Source of the DNA: Mobula hypostoma
Taxonomy: Eukaryota
NCBI RefSeq assembly: GCF_963921235.1
Contig: NC_086125.1
Span: 7,750,001-7,814,000 of the forward strand
Direction: 5' to 3'
DNA length: 64,000 nt
Shown here: piece by piece, positions 1-12,060 of the stretch
How positions within the stretch are numbered: the stretch's first letter is position 1
Layout of the letters: each line of letters starts with the position of its first letter
Translations under genes and position numbers: made by a program
Notes under the pieces: model-generated
What the model was told of the DNA's origin: nothing
The model's database searches: none
What the model saw: the letters and a program-made list of their open reading frames with translations, nothing else

Positions 1-2363
1 TTAGCATTTGGTACAGTGAATGAGTCCTTTAGTTATATACCACAGAAACAAACTCAACTCATCCATGCTGAACAAACAGCCAACCTGAACTAACCCCATT
101 TATCTACATTTGACCCACATCCCTCTACATCATTCACGCCGACGTACCTATCAATATAGAGAAACATTGAAAACCTACAGCACAAGACAGGCACTTTGGC
201 CCACAAAGCTGTGCTGAACATGTCCTTACCTTAGAGCTACCTGGGCTTATCCACAGCCCTCTATTTCTCTAAGCTCCATGTACCTGTCCAGGAGTCTCTT
301 AAAAGACCCTATCGAATCCGCCTCCACCGCCGCCGCCGGCAACCCGTTCCACGCACTCCCCACTCCCTGCATAAAAAACTTATCCCTGACATCTCCTCTG
401 TACCTACTTCCAAGCACCTTAAAACTATGTCCTCTCGTGCCAGCCATTTCAGCCCTGGGAAAAAGCCTCTGACTATCCACACGATCAATGTCTCTCATCA
501 TCTTATACACCTCTATCAGGTCACCTCTCATCCTCCGTCGCCCCAAGGAGAAAAAGCCGAGTTCACTCAACCTATTCTCATAAGGCATGCTCCCAATCCA
601 GGCAACATCCTTGTAAATATCCTCAGCACCCTTTTTATGGTTTCCACATCCTGCCTGTAGTGAGGCAACCAGAACTGAGCACAGTACTCCAAGTGGGGTA
701 TGACCAGGATCCTATATAGCTGCAACATTACCTCTTGGCTCTTAAACTCAATCTCACGATTGATGAAGGCCAATGCCCTGTATGCCTTTCTAACCACAGA
801 ATCAACCTGCATAGCAGCTTTTAGTGTCCTATGGACTCGAACCCCAAGATCCCTCTGATCCTCCACACTGCCAAGAGTCTTATCATTAATACTATATTCT
901 GCCATCATACTTGACCTACCAAATGAACCACCTCACACTTATCTGGGTTGAACTCCATCTGCCACTTCTCAGCCCAGTTTTGCATCCTATCAATATCCTG
1001 TTGTAACCTCTGACAGCCCTCCGCACTATCCACAACACCCCCAACCTTCGTGTCATCAGCAAATTTACTAACCCATCCCTCCCCTTCCTCATCCAGGTCA
1101 TTTATAAAAATCACCGAGTAGGGGTCCCAGAACAGATCTCTGAGGCACACCACTGGTCACTGACCTCCATGCAGAATATGACCTGTATACAACCACTCTG
1201 CCTTCTGTGAGCAAGCCAATTCTGGATCCACAAAGCAATGTCCCCTTGGATCCCATACCTCCTTACTTTCTCAATAAGCCTTGCATGGAGTACCTTATAA
1301 AATGCCTTGCTGAAATCCATATACACTACATCTACAGCTCTACCTTCATCAATGTGTTTAGTGACATCTTCAAAAAATTCCATCAGGCTCATAAGGCATG
1401 ACCTGTCTTTGACAAAACCATGCTGACTATTCCTAATCATATTATGCCTCTCCAAATGTTCATAAATCCAGCTTCTCAGGATCTTCTCCATCAACTTACC
1501 AACCACTGAAGTAAGACTCAGTGGTCTATAATTTCCTGGGCTATCTCTGCCCCCTTCTTGAATAAGGGAAAAACATCCACAAACCTCCACTCCTCAAGAA
1601 CCTCTCCCATCCTTATTGATGATACAAGGATCACCGCCAGAGGCTCAGCAACCTCCTCCCTCGCTTCCCACAGTAGCCTGGGGTACATCCCGTCCTGTCC
1701 CGGTGACTTATCCAACTTAATGCTTTCCAAAAGCTCCAGCATACCCTCTTTCTTAATATCTGCATGCTCAAGCTTTTCAGTCCGCTGCAAGTCATCCCTA
1801 AAATCGCCAAGATTCTTTTCCATAGTGAATATTGAAGCAAAGTATTCAGTAAGTATTTCTGCTATCTCCTCCGGTTCCATACACACGTTTCCACTGTCAC
1901 ACTTGATTGGTCCTATTCTCTCATGTCTTATCCTTTTGCTCTTCACATACTTGTAGAAGGCCTTGAGGTTTTCCTTAATTCTGTCTGCCAAGGCCTTCTT
2001 ATGGCCCCTTCTAGCTCTCTGCATTTCATTTTAATCTCCTTCCTGCTAGCCTTATAATCTTCTAGTTCTCTATCATTCCTAGTTTTTTGAACCTTTCGTA
2101 AGCTCTTCTTTTCTTCTTGACTAGATTTACAACAGCCTTTATACACCACGGTTCCTGTACCCTACCATCCTTTCCCTGTCTCATTGGAACGTACCTACGC
2201 AGAACCCCACGCAAATATACCCTGAACATTTGCCACATTTCTTCCACACGTTTCACTGAGAACATCTGTTTCCAATGTATGCTTCCAAGTTCCTGCATGA
2301 TAACCTCAAATTTCCCCTTACTCCAATTAAACGTTTCCCGAACTTGTCTGTTCCTATCCCTCT

Positions 2364-3006
2364 TGGCTAGGAATGGCGGGAGGAGAAGATAGTGCGCCAT
2401 GCGCGCGCAGCCCTCCGGTGAAAAATGATATTTTATCCGTTAAATAGGGGCCGTGAACAATCCTGATTTGATGGAGACAGACGTGAAAGCACAGAGGAAC
2501 ATCTGGAGAAATTTCTGAAACGCCCGTTTGCTGCTGTTGTTACTGCGCGATCGAGAATCTCCAGAGGGTAGGCCCCAAAATCCCTGGCTTTGCCTGCTGC
2601 TGTCAACCGAGATTGAGGTCGAATCATTTGGATAGAGATGGTGCTTGGTACTTGGTGTCGGGGGCTGATCAGAGGCTCGAAGTTTTCGGATGACTCAGAG
2701 TCGGACTGTAGTTGGGCATGGCAGGGAGAGTTTTCTTCCTTCTCCCATCTGCGTGAGATGTGGGACATTTGAGAGACTTTGAACTTTTTACTGTGCCATG
2801 GTCTGTTCTTCATCAAGTTATGGTATTGTTGCACTGTTGTAACTATATGTTATAATTATATGGTTTTTTTAGTTTTTTCAGTCTTGGTCTGTCCTGTGTT
2901 TTGTGATATCACTCCGGAGGAATAATGTATCATTTCTTAATGCATGCATTACTAAATGACAATAAAAAGAGGACTGCGTGTCCTCATAATCTATAATCTA
3001 TAATCT
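2364..3006 (+). mobile_element. Non-autonomous LINE-derived element (~640 bp), copy 1
   Basis: Homologous to 6112-6682 and 36846-37497. Ends TGACAATAAAAAGAGGACTGCGTGTCCTCA followed by (TAATCTA)n. Splits the CR1 sequence cctatccctct|ccaatgc. Confidence 0.8.
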
Positions 3007-3032
3007 CCAATGCTATGGTAAAAGAGATAGAA

Positions 3033-5157
3033 TGTTATAACGGGGGGCACTGGGAGTGGACACAAATGCAAGACACAGACACTGAAGTACAAGGAGCTGG
3101 ACTGGACTAGGCGTAGGGACGGGGCAGGACACAGACTAGGATCTGGGACAGGAGCACAGACTTGGGCTAGGACTTGGCTAGGAGAGTGGGACCAGGACAA
3201 GGAATGGGGAACAAGGAGCTTGGGCTTGGACTTCGAGCCAGAGACTGGACAAGGACCCAGAACCTGGGTCTTGACTCGGGCTCGGACTCTGGAACTAGGC
3301 AAGGAGATGATGTGGTCTTGGGAGACAGGAACCTGGGAGCCTAGGACGAGGACTGGACGCTCGGGGCCTTGGTCCAGAGCATGGGAACACGGAACCTTGG
3401 ACTTGAGAGAGGAACATGGAAAACAGAACCGGGACCCCTCCTTGGAACAGGACGTAGGGCCAGAACTCATACACAGAACACAGAGCCGGGACCCCTCCTT
3501 GGAACAGGACGTAGGGCCGGGACTCATACACAGAACACAGAGAGATAGTTCCACACAAGATAGTGGCAAACGACCAGACCTACCTAGTGAAGGCGTGGAC
3601 ACAGAGATGGTTCCCAACCCAAGGTAGCGGCAAATGGCCCAACCTACCTAGCGAAGGCGTGGACACAGAGACAGTTCCCAACAACGATAGGCAGTTCCTT
3701 ATCTAGACATTGCAAGGCTCCGGTCTTACTCCGGCGGTAGAACTTAATGGTGAAACAGGCAAGGCTTCAGAAGGAAGGGGAAGAGAAGGGAACAGTCCAG
3801 ACTCAGGGTAACAGCAAAGATGGCCTGACTTACCCCACAGAGGCGAGAACAGGATACTGACGAGACAAACAAGCTCCCACACTCGAACCCAGGGCCACTT
3901 ATATTCCCAGCCCCAAGTTGAGCATCAGCTGCCTATGATTAAGCCCAAATGAAACAAAGGACAGCCTGAAGACCAGTAGTCCGGAGTCCATGGACCAGAC
4001 TGTGAACCAGAACGCGGAAGTCATGGAGCGGACCATGACAGTACCCCCCCACCCCCCATGGGATCCTCCGGGTGAGCGAAGAGGCTCTCCAGGACTAAGG
4101 ACAACCTGGGCGGGTCTGGGGGGGGGTGGTATTCAATCAGGAGGGAACCCAGGATGATGAGAGTTAGATGGCAGTGTCTGCGTTGCTGGGTCCATTTATG
4201 GCTGGTTCATTCTGTCATAACAGGGAGTGCTGGGAGCGGACCCAAATGCAAGACACAGACACTGAAGTACTAGGAACTGGACTGCACTAGGTTTAGGGAT
4301 GGGACAGGACTCAGACTAGGAGCTGGGACAGGAACACAGACTTGGGCTAGGACTTGGATAGGAAAGCGGGACCAAGACAAGGAACTGGGAACAAAGAGCC
4401 TGGGCTTGGACTCCGAGCCAGAGGCTGGACAAGGACCCAGAACCTGGGTCTTGACTTGGGCTTGGACCCCGGAACTAGGCGAGGAGATGACGAGGCTTAG
4501 CCAGGACCCCTCCTTGAGAACAGGACATAGGGCCGGGACTCAAACACAGAACACAGAGAGACAGTTCCCAACACAAGGTAGCGGCAAACGGCTGGACATA
4601 CCTAGTGAAGGCATGGACACAGAGACAGTTCCCTACACAAGGTAGCGGTAAATGGCCGGACCTACCTAGCGAAGATGTGGACACAGAGATGGTTCCCGAC
4701 TCAATGTAGTGGCAAACAGCCAGACCTACCTAGTGAAGGTGTGGATACAGAGAGAGTTCCCAACAATGATAGACAGTTCCTTATCTAGACGCAGCAAGAC
4801 TCCGGTCTTGCTCCAGCGGTAGAACGTGGAGACAAAACAGGCAAGGCTTCAGAAAGAAGGGGAAGAGAAGGGAACAGTCCAGCCTCAGGGTAACAGCAAA
4901 GACAGCCTGGCTTATCCATTGGAGGCAAGGACAGGAAGGGACAGATCCAACTGCAGGGTAATGGCAAAGATGGCCTGACTTACCCCATGGAGGTGAGGAC
5001 GGGATACTGACAAGATGAACCAGCCACCACACTCGAACCCAGAGCCACTTATATTCCCAGCCCCAAGACGAGCATCAGGTGCCTATGATTAAGCCCAACT
5101 GAAACAAGGGACGGCCGGAAGACCCTGAGTCTGGAGTCCACGGACTGGACCATGACA
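3033..5157 (-). mobile_element. Mini LTR retroelement (Gypsy, Tf1/sushi-like): LTR 4213-5157, 172-bp internal part, LTR 3033-4040
   Basis: TG...CA ends, 5-bp TSD TAGAA (3028-3032 / 5158-5162), PPT GGGGGGTGGGGGGGTAC at 4041-4057, ATGGACCCAGCA (MDPA) at 4195, self-priming PBS at 4199-4210. Confidence 0.85.
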
Positions 5158-6111
5158 TAGAATTGTGATCAACATCTCCAAGATGCTCTCCCACTGAGAG
5201 ACCTGACAACTGACCAGGTTCATTTCCCGATACCAGATCAAGTACAGCCTCTCCTCTTGTAGGCTTATATACATATTGTGTCAAGAAAACTTCCTGAACA
5301 CACCTAACAAACTCCGCCCCATCTAAACCCCTCATTCTAGGGAGATGCCAATCAATATTTGGGAAATTAAAATCTCCCACCACAACAACCCTGTTATTAT
5401 TACACCTTTCCAGAATCTGTCTCCCTATCTGCTCCTCAATGTCCCTGTTACTATTGGGTGGTCTATAAAAACAGCCAGTAGGGTTATTGACCCCTTGCTG
5501 TTCCTAGCTTACACCCACAGAGACTCCGTAGACAATCCCTCCATGACTTGCTCCTTTTCTGCAGCCATGACACTATGTCTGATCAGCAGTGCTGTGCGCC
5601 CACCTCTTTTGGCTCCCTCCCTGTCCTTTCTGAAACATTTAAAGCCTGGCACTTGAAGTAACCATTCCTTCCCCTGAGCCATCCAAGTCTCTGTAATGGC
5701 CACAACATCATTGCTCCAAGTGTTGATCCATGCTCTAATCTTCTCGCATTGAAATAGACACATCTCAAACCATCCATCTGAGCGCATCCTTTTCCTATCA
5801 CCTGCCTATCCTCCCTCTCACACTGCATGCAAGCTTCCTCTATTTGTGAGCCAACCACCCTTTCCTCCGTCTCTTCAGTTCGATTCCCACCCTCCCAGCA
5901 ATTCTAATTTAAACTCTCCCCAATAGCCTTAGCAAACCTCCCCGCCAGGATATTACCCCCCCCCCCCCGCAAGGATTCAAGTGCAATCCCTCCTTTTTGT
6001 ACAGGTCAATCCTGCCCCAAAGGAGGTCCCAATGATCCAGAAATCTAAATCCCTGCCCCCTGCTCCAATTCCTCAGCCACACATTTATCCTTCACCTCAT
6101 ACTTTTCCTAT

Positions 6112-6682
6112 GGGGACCGTGCACAATCCTGATTTGATGGAGACAGATGTGAGAGCACAGCGGAACATCTGAAAAACTTCTGAAATTCCTGCTTTGCTAC
6201 TGTGTGGTAACCGGAATCTCCGGAGCTGAAGGCCCCGAAATCTTCGGCTTTGCGTGTTTCAGCGGCCGGGGAGAGGTCGAGGGCACTCGGGAAGCTGTAT
6301 CTGAGAGGCTGATCAGAAGCTCGGAGTTTTCGGACGGATGGACTCAGGGTCGGCTGCTTCCAAGGTATCGGCAAATTGACGTGCCTGGAGGTTTATGGCA
6401 GGGTGTTTCTCCCCTCTGCCGCCTGCTATCGGGGACTCGGGAGTCGATCGACTCGGGACTTTGAGACTTTATTTACTATGCCTATGGTCTGTTCTTTATC
6501 AAATTACGGTATTGCTTTGCACTGCTGTAACTATATGTTATAATTATTGGTTCTGTCAGTGTTAGTCTTTGGTCTGTCTTGTTTTCTGTGATATCACTCC
6601 GGAGAAACATTGTATCATTTCTTAATGCATGTATGCATTTCTAAATGACAATAAAAGAGGACTGAGTGTTCTCATAATCTAA
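6112..6682 (+). mobile_element. Non-autonomous LINE-derived element, copy 2 (5'-truncated)
   Basis: Same body and TGACAATAAAAGAGGACT...TAATCTAA tail as 2364-3006. Confidence 0.8.
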
Positions 6683-7600
6683 CTCCTCGTAGTCTGTTTT
6701 CAGGACCTCCTCCCTTTTCCTACCGATGTGGTTGGTACCAATATGTACCATGACCTCTGGCTGTTCTCCTTCCCACTTCAGGAGCCCACGGACATGATCA
6801 GAAACATCCTGGATCCTGACACCTGGGAGGCAAACTACCATCCATGTTTCTTTCCTGCGTTCACAGAATCACCTGTCTGACCCCCTAACTACAGAGTCCC
6901 TAATCACTGCTGCCATCCTCTTCCTTTCCCTACCCTTGTGAGCCACAGGGCCAGACTCTGTGCTAGAGGCGTGACCACTGTTGTTTCCCCCAGGGAGGCC
7001 GTCTCCCCCAACAGTACTCAAACAGGAGTAGTTATTGTTAAGGGGGACAGCCACTGGGGTACTGTCTAGCATCTGCCTCTTGCCCTTCCCTCTCCTGACT
7101 GTTACCCACTTCTCTGTCTCCTGTGGTCCTGGGGTGCTATACCTGCCTATAGCTCCTCTCTATCGCCTTCGCATTTTCCCTGACCAGACGAAGGTCATCG
7201 AGCTGCAGCTCCAGTTCCCTAACCCGGTCCCTAAGGAGCTGCAGCTCGACGTACCTGGTTTAGATGTGGCCCTCCAGGAGGCTGGGAGTCTCCCGGACTT
7301 CCCACATCTGACACCGAGCACTGAAAACCGGTCTCACACACATACTTCCTGTCTGTAATTTTACACGTAACGTACCTCGCCTCGACCCTTTATCGCCGAA
7401 ACCCCGTTGAGCCAAAGACTTCCTGCTCTGTCTCCCACTACTCAGTCGCCCGCTCCTCCGACGCCCGCTGTATAAAGTTGTCTTCTTTTGAAACTCTTCC
7501 CACTGTTCTCACTGGCTGACCTCCACGCGCTTGCACAGACGTGCCCTGTTCAAACTGCTGAAGAAATATCTTTTAAATATTGTATTTGTACCTGCCTTTA

Positions 7601-10600
7601 GGTTCGTCCATCGTCGACGTCGATGAAGAGCTCGACACTATTGGTCACTTTGAGACTGGATGCGGTGAGTCCGAAGATGAGTGGTCAGGCCAATTCGGGC
7701 ACGGAGTGTCCTGGCACATGTTGGGCAGACATGTGTGGGCACTGCAGTTGTTGCGCTGGTGGCTCTGGACTTGCACAGCTCGCGCGTATGATGTGCTTCA
7801 GCAACGCGCCTTGCTTCGTAACCCTGGCAGCCCTTGTGGATGAGGCCGTGCCAGGTAGGGCGGTTTTGTGCCAGCTTTTCCCAGGTGGTCGTGTCTATGT
7901 CAAGCGACTTCAGGGAGGCCTTTTAGTATGTCTTTGTAAAGTTTCTTCCGCCCTCCATGCGAGCGCCTTCCAGCAGAGAGTTCCCCAGAAAGGAGCTGCT
8001 TGGGTATGCGCTCGTCCGGCATGCGGATGACATGACCTGCCCACCGGGTCTGTGCTCTCATCAGCAGTGTGTGGACTGATGGTAGACTTGCTCTGAAGAG
8101 AACTTCAGTGTCCGGTACTTTATCAGCCATCTGATGCCTTATATTCTGAGAAGCCAAGTCATGTGGAAATGGTTGAGCTGTCCAACATGCCTTCGATACA
8201 CAGTCCACGTTTCACAGGCATACAGGAGGGTAGTGAGTACCACGGCTCTGTAGACCTTCAGTTTTGTTGCTGGGCTGATTCCTCGACGTTCCCATACAGT
8301 GGAGCGCAGTCTACCGAAAGCAGAACTTGCCTTTGCTATTTTGCAGTTAACTTCTGTATCAATAGTCACTGCTCGGGAGAGGGTGCTGCCAAGGTAAGTA
8401 AACTAGTCCATCGCCTGTAGTTTCTGTCCTATGATTGTGACTTTCGGTTCTGTGTACAGTGCATGAGGGGCAGGCTGGTGGATGACTTCGGTATTTTTGA
8501 TGTTGATGGGGAGTCCAAAGTTGTCACAAGCCGTGGAGAATTTGTCCATATTGACTTGCATCTCCGGCTCCGAGCCGGCATACAGGGCGCTGTCATCGGC
8601 AAAGAGGAAGTCCCTTCACTTTGGTAATAGCCCGAAGTCTCCTCAGGTTGAAGAGCTTCCCATCCACTCTGTACTTGAGGCTGATTCCAGCGTCACTGTC
8701 CTGGAAGGCATCATTCAGCGTGGCCGTAAACATCATGCTGAACAGTGTGGGTGAGAGCACACAGCCCTGTTTGACACCATTGGTGACTGGGAACGCCTCA
8801 AAGGATTCTCCGCCGTCCAGCACTCTCGCCATCATGCCATCATGGAACTGGCGTACTACCTGAATGAATTTGGTGGGGCAGCCGAGCTTTGACATGATCC
8901 TCCACAGGCCTTGTCGGCAGACAGTGTCGGAGGCTTTCGTGAGGTCAACAAAAGTTGTGTGGAGTTTGCGATTCTGCTCCTGACACTTCTCCTGAAGTTC
9001 CCGTGCGGCAAAAATCATGTCAATGGTCCCACCACCTTTGCGAAAGCCACACTGTGGCTCTGGCAGCAGGCCCAGCTCCAGATGAGTGACCAGACGATTT
9101 AGCAGGACTCTGCAAGGGTTTTTCCTGCGATGCAGAGCAGCGAGATTCCTCGGTGGTTGTCGCATACTTGTCGATTGCCCTTCCTCTTGTAGAGGTGTAA
9201 GATGGATGCATCTTTAAGTTCCTGAGGAATGGATCCTTGCTTCCAGAAAGACTGGAACAACTTTGTGAGCTTCTCAATAAACACACGACCACCGGCTTTG
9301 TAGATCTCTGCAGGTATGGCGTCTGCCCCGGGGCTTTGCCACTGGCTAGCTGGCTGTCAGCTTCCGTGACTTCGGCTACTACCGGTGGGTTATCCATGGC
9401 GCTGTTGATGTCGACCTGGGGAATCCTGTCTATCGCCTCATTGTTAATAGATGACGGTCGGTTGAGGACGGCTTCAAGGTGTTCAGCCCATCTCTGCAGG
9501 ATCTGAGCCTTCTCTGTAATGAGAGTTGTACCATCTATACTCAGGAGGGGGGAACTCCCAATAGACTGAGGTCCGTAGAGAGTGCTGAGGGCTTCATAGA
9601 ATCGTTTCAACTCGTTTCTGTCAGCGTATCCCTGTATTACATCTGCCTTGGCGCTCAGCCAGGCATCTTGCATCTTACGCAGTGTATTGTGGACTGTCCT
9701 GCGAGCAATGGTAAAGGCGTTTTTCTTGGCAGCCGATGATGGATCGTTCTGGTGGGCACGATGAAGGCGGTACTTTTCAACAAGCAGAGCCTGTATCTCC
9801 TCATCGTTCTCATCCAACCAGTCTTGCTGCTTGCGGGTAGAGAGCCCTAGCATCTTCAGTGCAGATGAATGGACAGCATCCTTGAAGCGATCCCAGTCGT
9901 CCACAGCGCTGCCTGCAAGGTCAGTAAGATTGGTTTCTAAATCTTCAGCCAGTGCTGAAGCTATGCTGGAGTTCTTCCGCCTGGCCACATTGATTCTTTT
10001 CATATCCTTGCTTCCTTGTGGTCACCTCTTGGGTCTGATGCGGAGCTTCATTTTAGAGACGGTGAGCCTGTGATCTGTCCAGCAGTCAGCACCACACATG
10101 GCCTTGGTCACTCTGACACCCTGCCTGTCTTTTCTCCTCACAATGACGTAGTCGATAAGATGCCAATGCTTAGAGCGGGGGTGCATCCAGGAGGTCTTGT
10201 TACGGGTAGGCAGGCGGAAAGTTGTGTTGGTGAGGAGCAGGTCGTGTGCTGCACAGGTTTTCAGTAAGAGTAGGCCGTTACTGTTACATTTGCCCACTCC
10301 ATGTCTCCCAATGACACCCTGTCAGGCTGCAGAGTTGCACCCTACTCTTGCATTGAAGTCGCCGAGCAAGATCAGCTTGTTGGTGATGCTCACTGCTGAT
10401 AGTAGGGCGTCTAGTTCTTCATAGAACCTGTCTTTTGTCACGTCTGGGTTGGTCATTGTGGGGGCATAGGCGCTGATCAGAGTGGCTTGACTTCTGTTCT
10501 GTAGCGGAAGCTGTAGTGTCATGAGCCGGTCATTCACGCCCTCGGGGAGACTGGCAAGTTTCCGAACAAGGTGACTCCTGACGGTGAATCCAACTCCAGC

Positions 10601-11652
10601 ATCAGGACAGTCATCGCTGCCGCGACCGCTCCAGAAAAGGTGTATCCACCTCCAGTTTCAGTCAGCTGACCTACGTTGGCAAGACAAGTCTCACTCAGGG
10701 CTGCAATGCCAATGTTGTATCTTGCAAGCTCTCTGGCAACTAAGGCTGTTCCTCTCTCTGGCCTGTTTGCTGCCGAGTTGTCCAATAGCGTGCGTACCTT
10801 CCAAGTGCCAATGGTGAGCGGTGTCACCTTGCGTTTTGTTGTGTTTGTTTGATCACCGAGACGCAATCCCCGCCAGCTGTGGTAAACTGGCCAGGGTGTA
10901 ATGAAGGGGCACCTTTTCTAGCCCCTTCCTCATACTACGGAGGTGAGCAGTGCGTTCCTAAAGAGGGCTGCTCAGTCGCCCAGCTAGACGCCGAGTTTCA
11001 CTGCTGCTTCGGTCAGCGAGAAACGACCATTAGACCTGAGCCGCCTGTGTGCAGGTCCGTGACTACAGCTCCCGGTGTATCCACACCTGCTGCTTCGCCA
11101 CTCGCCCACCGCCACACGACTTCACAGGTTGAGGGTGATGATGATGGTGTCGAGACTAGCGCGTGATTTGGATTTAAGTGAGGGAGAGTTGCGCAGCGTC
11201 AGCCTCACTCTCTCTTCCCAATTCCCATCTGGGTCCAGTGGCAAGACAGAGTCGAGACGGCTGGAGATGGGACTAGGCGTAGTGGATGACCAGGACGTCT
11301 TCTGTGTCTTGTCCTGCTCTACACGTTCCACAACACTTGCAGAGACCGCCTTCTTGACCGTTGGACCTTCCACTGGTCTCGTCCGCTCAGTCCACCGGAG
11401 TCTGTCTTCACATGCTGGGATAGACAACTCCCTATCTCACCGAGGGTTTGAGACCCGTCGGCTACCCTCACCTGGTTTAGCCGGCTTGTCGAAGCCGTTG
11501 CCCGGGGTGTGGCCGCTGTCGCACGCAAACAGCTACGGGAGCCACAGGTGAGAGCTGAGTGCCAGGTGAGGACCAAAGGTGGACTAACCGCCCTGAAAAG
11601 GACGCGACATGTTCCCCCACCAGAGGTGCTACCCCTCCCTGACACCCCATAG
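7601..11652 (-). mobile_element. Full-length RTE-clade (BovB-like) LINE, frameshifted
   Basis: APE (TIGTWKVRTL, AALSET, SAYAPT, GDFNA), RT (QCGFR, FVDLTKA, GVKQGC, FADD) and a C-terminal region. 10-bp TSD with 1 mismatch, CCTGCCTTTA 7591-7600 / CCTGTCTTTA 11653-11662, inside a CR1 3' fragment. Confidence 0.9.
11465..11648 (-). ncRNA. Candidate HDV-like self-cleaving ribozyme at the RTE 5' end
   Basis: P1 GGGGUGU/ACACCCC, P2 CUCACCUG/CAGGUGAG, P3 GGC/GCC, L3 UCCCGU plus an inserted hairpin, GGGCAAC, P4 CGGC/GCCG, J4/2 GCUAA (C at 11480). Folded by eye only. Confidence 0.7.
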
Positions 11653-11729
11653 CCTGTCTTTAACACTTCCACTGGCAGCTCGTTCCATTTATGCACCGCT
11701 CTCTGCACGAAGATATTGCCTCTCCTACT

Positions 11730-12060
11730 CACTGTCCGTTACGCTGTTGGCGTTTAGGGTAGCAATGCAGGTCCTCCATCTCTGTCTGTCCATACCGTCA
11801 CACAGAGATATAGAATGAGTCTTCATTGCTGTTTCTGCCACGATTCTTTTTGACTAGTCAGGGTTGTTAGCCCTGAGATGAAGCCCTGAACCGGTGGACC
11901 ACACTTAGTCTGTCCTCTACCCTTTGACCTGTTTGGCATGAGTGACCCTACCAGGAGCCAAAGTACAGGGCCCTGACTCCAGCCAGTGTAGCTCTCCTGG
12001 TGGTTGAGGCACACAGGTCTTCGATCTCTACAAGGTTATGATCATCTTGCAGGACATTGC
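11730..12060 (-). mobile_element. RTE-related short element fragment (same family as 61965-62350)
   Basis: Shares motifs such as GTTTAGGG(T/C)AGCAATG, GGGTTGTTAGCCCTG and CCCTTTGACCTG(T/C)TTGGCATG with the 62-kb copy. Confidence 0.5.

Larger units (their letters stand above)
160..7565 (-). mobile_element. Near full-length degenerate CR1/L3 LINE interrupted by three insertions
   Basis: ORF1 SGNH esterase (CLPG..IQDV, VHIGTN) at 6.7-7.1 kb, APE endonuclease (AITETW, GDFNFPNIDW) at 5.2-5.8 kb, RT (QHGF, YMDFSKAF, KFADD) at 0.9-1.6 kb and a CR1 3' end. Many frameshifts. Confidence 0.9.

Noticed and set aside
3427-4790. 58-62-bp direct repeats as a CRISPR-like array
   Set aside because: They are contiguous tandem units inside LTRs, with no unique spacers and no cas genes, in a eukaryotic context.
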